From positions 1 to 37,945 of IMG/VR virus record IMGVR_UViG_3300009181_000169: a DNA stretch of 37,945 nt. One strand, given 5' to 3'. This stretch comes from a virus (lineage: Duplodnaviria > Caudoviricetes). The position numbers were made by a program, and so were the translations under genes. Shown in pieces: positions 35,991 to 37,945 of the stretch; within the stretch, counting starts at the first letter, position 1, and each line of letters begins with the position of its first letter. The notes under the pieces were generated by a model, which made no database searches, was not told the origin of the DNA, and was given only the letters and a program-made list of their open reading frames with translations.

Positions 35991-36526
35991 ACCCCGAATA
36001 TTTTGATATTGAGAATCTGAAGATTTTCGGAATGTGGCCTCACCAGAACTTTATCTCAAGAGGTATTGTTCCATACATCAAGCGAATCAGAAAAGATAAG
36101 GTCTATGTAGCTGTTATCGGTGATCTCAAGGGTGAATCGATTGTGGATATGCTTGAGACTACTGGTGATAAGATCGAAAAAGTTTATGTCATCAACAAGT
36201 ATGAGAGTGATGATGCCGATTTGATTAAGGCCGTCTTTGCTAAGAACACCAAGAACCTAAAAGGTAAGTTGGTGATGAAGAATGATATCGAAAGCTTGAA
36301 GAGCAAAGAAAGTTTGCCAGATGTTGTCTGTGTGAATGATATGACTTGCACTGTTGAGAATCTTATGCTATCATATGACATTACTCCAAGCGGCGGAATC
36401 TTTTGCGGTAATGGGCATGAGACAGTAAAGGTCAAGACTGCTCTTACCGAGTTTCGCAGGCAGAGTAAGATTGGAACACCTATTCAGGTATCCAATAGGG
36501 CAATTTGGTTCTGGACTAAGAGGTAA
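35987..36526 (+). CDS. Divergent class I SAM-methyltransferase-like protein
   Basis: VAVIGDLKGES and ITPSGGIFCGNG echo EIG..G.S and LKPGG...GHD, but key residues differ. Confidence 0.45.
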   Translation: MNPEYFDIENLKIFGMWPHQNFISRGIVPYIKRIRKDKVYVAVIGDLKGESIVDMLETTGDKIEKVYVINKYESDDADLIKAVFAKNTKNLKGKLVMKNDIESLKSKESLPDVVCVNDMTCTVENLMLSYDITPSGGIFCGNGHETVKVKTALTEFRRQSKIGTPIQVSNRAIWFWTKR

Positions 36527-36528
36527 TC

Positions 36529-37566
36529 ATGAAGACAGCACTTGTATTAGGAGCCGGTGGATTTATCGGCAATCACATGGTCAAGCGTCTCAAGGCTGAA
36601 GGCTATTGGGTTCGTGGCGTTGACTTGAAGTATCCGGAGTATGATAAGTCTGAGGCCGATCACTTTGTATTGCGTGACTTGCGTGATGCGAGAGAAGTGA
36701 GAGAGTTGATTGGTTTTGCCGGCTCTTGTCGTAATCCACATCAGATATGGGCGATGCAGTTCGATAAGCCGTTTGATGAAATCTATCAGTTTGCTGCTGA
36801 TATGGGTGGTGCTGGCTATATTTTCACGGGTGAACATGATGCAGATGTTATGCACAACTCTGCAAGCATTAACTTGAATGTGCTTGATGCTGTGAAAGAT
36901 ATCAATCATCGACACAAGACGAATATCACAAAGGTCTTTTACTCGTCATCTGCTTGCATGTATCCTGAACATAATCAGTTAGATCCGGAGAATCCAAACT
37001 GTGAAGAGTCGAGTGCATACCCTGCAAATCCAGATAGTGAATATGGATGGGAGAAGCTATTCAGTGAACGCCTATATCTTGCCTATAATCGCAATTACAA
37101 TATTCCTGTACGCATCGCTCGGTTCCATAACATCTATGGTCCCTTAGGTACATGGGATGGTGGTAAAGAAAAAGCACCTGCTGCTATGTGCCGAAAAGTA
37201 ATTCAGAGCAACGGTGTTGTTGATATCTGGGGTGATGGTGAACAGACACGTTCATTCCTCTACATCGATGATTGCATTGATGCGGTTCGAATGCACATGG
37301 AGTCAGACTTCATGGGCCCTGTTAACATTGGCTCTGAAGAGATGGTAACTATCAATGAGCTTGTTGGTCTCGTTTCTTTCATTGCGCTTAAAGACCCGAA
37401 GGTCAATCATATACCTGGCCCCACGGGCGTCCGCGGGCGTAACTCTGATAATCGTCTCATCGAAGAGAAGCTTGGATGGAAACCTAAGTACACACTCTTC
37501 AAAGGTTTGATTCCAACTTATGAATGGATCGAAGATCAAGTTGTCAAGAAAGAATCAATGATATGA
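36529..37566 (+). CDS. NAD-dependent epimerase, GDP-mannose 3,5-epimerase-like
   Basis: GAGGFIG, AADMGGAGYI, SSSACMYP, YGWEK, RFHNIYGP, GGKEKAPAAMCRK, GVRGRNSDN. Confidence 0.9.
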   Translation: MKTALVLGAGGFIGNHMVKRLKAEGYWVRGVDLKYPEYDKSEADHFVLRDLRDAREVRELIGFAGSCRNPHQIWAMQFDKPFDEIYQFAADMGGAGYIFTGEHDADVMHNSASINLNVLDAVKDINHRHKTNITKVFYSSSACMYPEHNQLDPENPNCEESSAYPANPDSEYGWEKLFSERLYLAYNRNYNIPVRIARFHNIYGPLGTWDGGKEKAPAAMCRKVIQSNGVVDIWGDGEQTRSFLYIDDCIDAVRMHMESDFMGPVNIGSEEMVTINELVGLVSFIALKDPKVNHIPGPTGVRGRNSDNRLIEEKLGWKPKYTLFKGLIPTYEWIEDQVVKKESMI

Positions 37567-37945
37567 AGTTATTGAGATTGGGTTTCACCGATACGTTCGG
37601 TGGTATTGAAAACTTCTTCACCAAGGTTTTGTCTGAGCGTTATGATATTGTTCGTGACGATAACAATCCAGACTATCTTATCTTTGGTGACAAAAACTTC
37701 GGTGGTGATAATATCAACTATGATGCGAAGAACTGTATCAAAGTATTCTACACGGGTGAAAATGCTCGACCGTGGGATTATCGTTGTCATCACTCAATCA
37801 CGTTTGACCACTTTGAGTTTGACGGGCAGAACTATCGGTTACCTCTATATGTCATCTACGACTATGATAACCACTTTAGAGATGTACCTAATACAAGCAC
37901 TATTAATAGAAGCGCAGCCGACCTTCTTCAACCAAGTGACTTCTG
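37563..37945 (+). CDS. GT10 alpha-1,3/4-fucosyltransferase-like protein (3'-partial; not in the ORF track)
   Basis: Translated by hand: ...NPDYLIFG...IKVFYTGENARP...SITFD...YRLPLY, matching the Helicobacter-type FucT N-terminal domain. Confidence 0.85.
   Translation, partial: MKLLRLGFTDTFGGIENFFTKVLSERYDIVRDDNNPDYLIFGDKNFGGDNINYDAKNCIKVFYTGENARPWDYRCHHSITFDHFEFDGQNYRLPLYVIYDYDNHFRDVPNTSTINRSAADLLQPSDF

Noticed and set aside
1-37945. CRISPR array, introns/inteins, alternative genetic code, integrase
   Set aside because: No repeat-spacer array seen; core genes are of normal length and uninterrupted under the standard code; no recombinase ORF.

Overview
This window is a 38 kb piece of a large T4-like (myovirus) dsDNA phage genome, with essentially all real genes on the + strand. 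It runs through the end of terminase gp17, tail sheath and tube (gp18, gp19), portal gp20, an expanded prohead-core region, gp21-gp22-gp23, gp3, uvsY-uvsW and gp55-gp47-gp46. An accessory block follows (DruA/DUF4338-like, ParB-like, VWA/peptidase plus MoxR-type AAA+ 'CobT/CobS', a small HTH protein, a glycosyltransferase and a dNMP kinase). Next come an interrupted gp45-gp44-gp62-regA operon, dUTPase, a displaced mini gp5/gp5.1/PAAR spike module, an initiator-type tRNA-Met, hsp20 with a DUF1127-like gene, and the start of a glycosylation island (GT2, FkbM, GDP-mannose 3,5-epimerase-like, GT10). DUF1127, IbpA-type Hsp20 with a ROSE-like leader and the promoter style suggest an alphaproteobacterial host (inference). 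The most unusual items are: (i) a probable head-packaged effector cassette (an ADP-ribosyltransferase with a capsid-targeting-like N-terminus, plus a 780-aa protease-cleavable polyprotein with a pre-toxin-like segment); (ii) a frame-independent enrichment of GGGC/GGCC, alongside candidate DNA-modification genes; (iii) an H-type pseudoknot in front of the HTH gene and an antisense promoter upstream of gene 55; (iv) a GDP-L-galactose/fucosyltransferase-type pathway. All family assignments come from motif recognition by eye; no searches were run.
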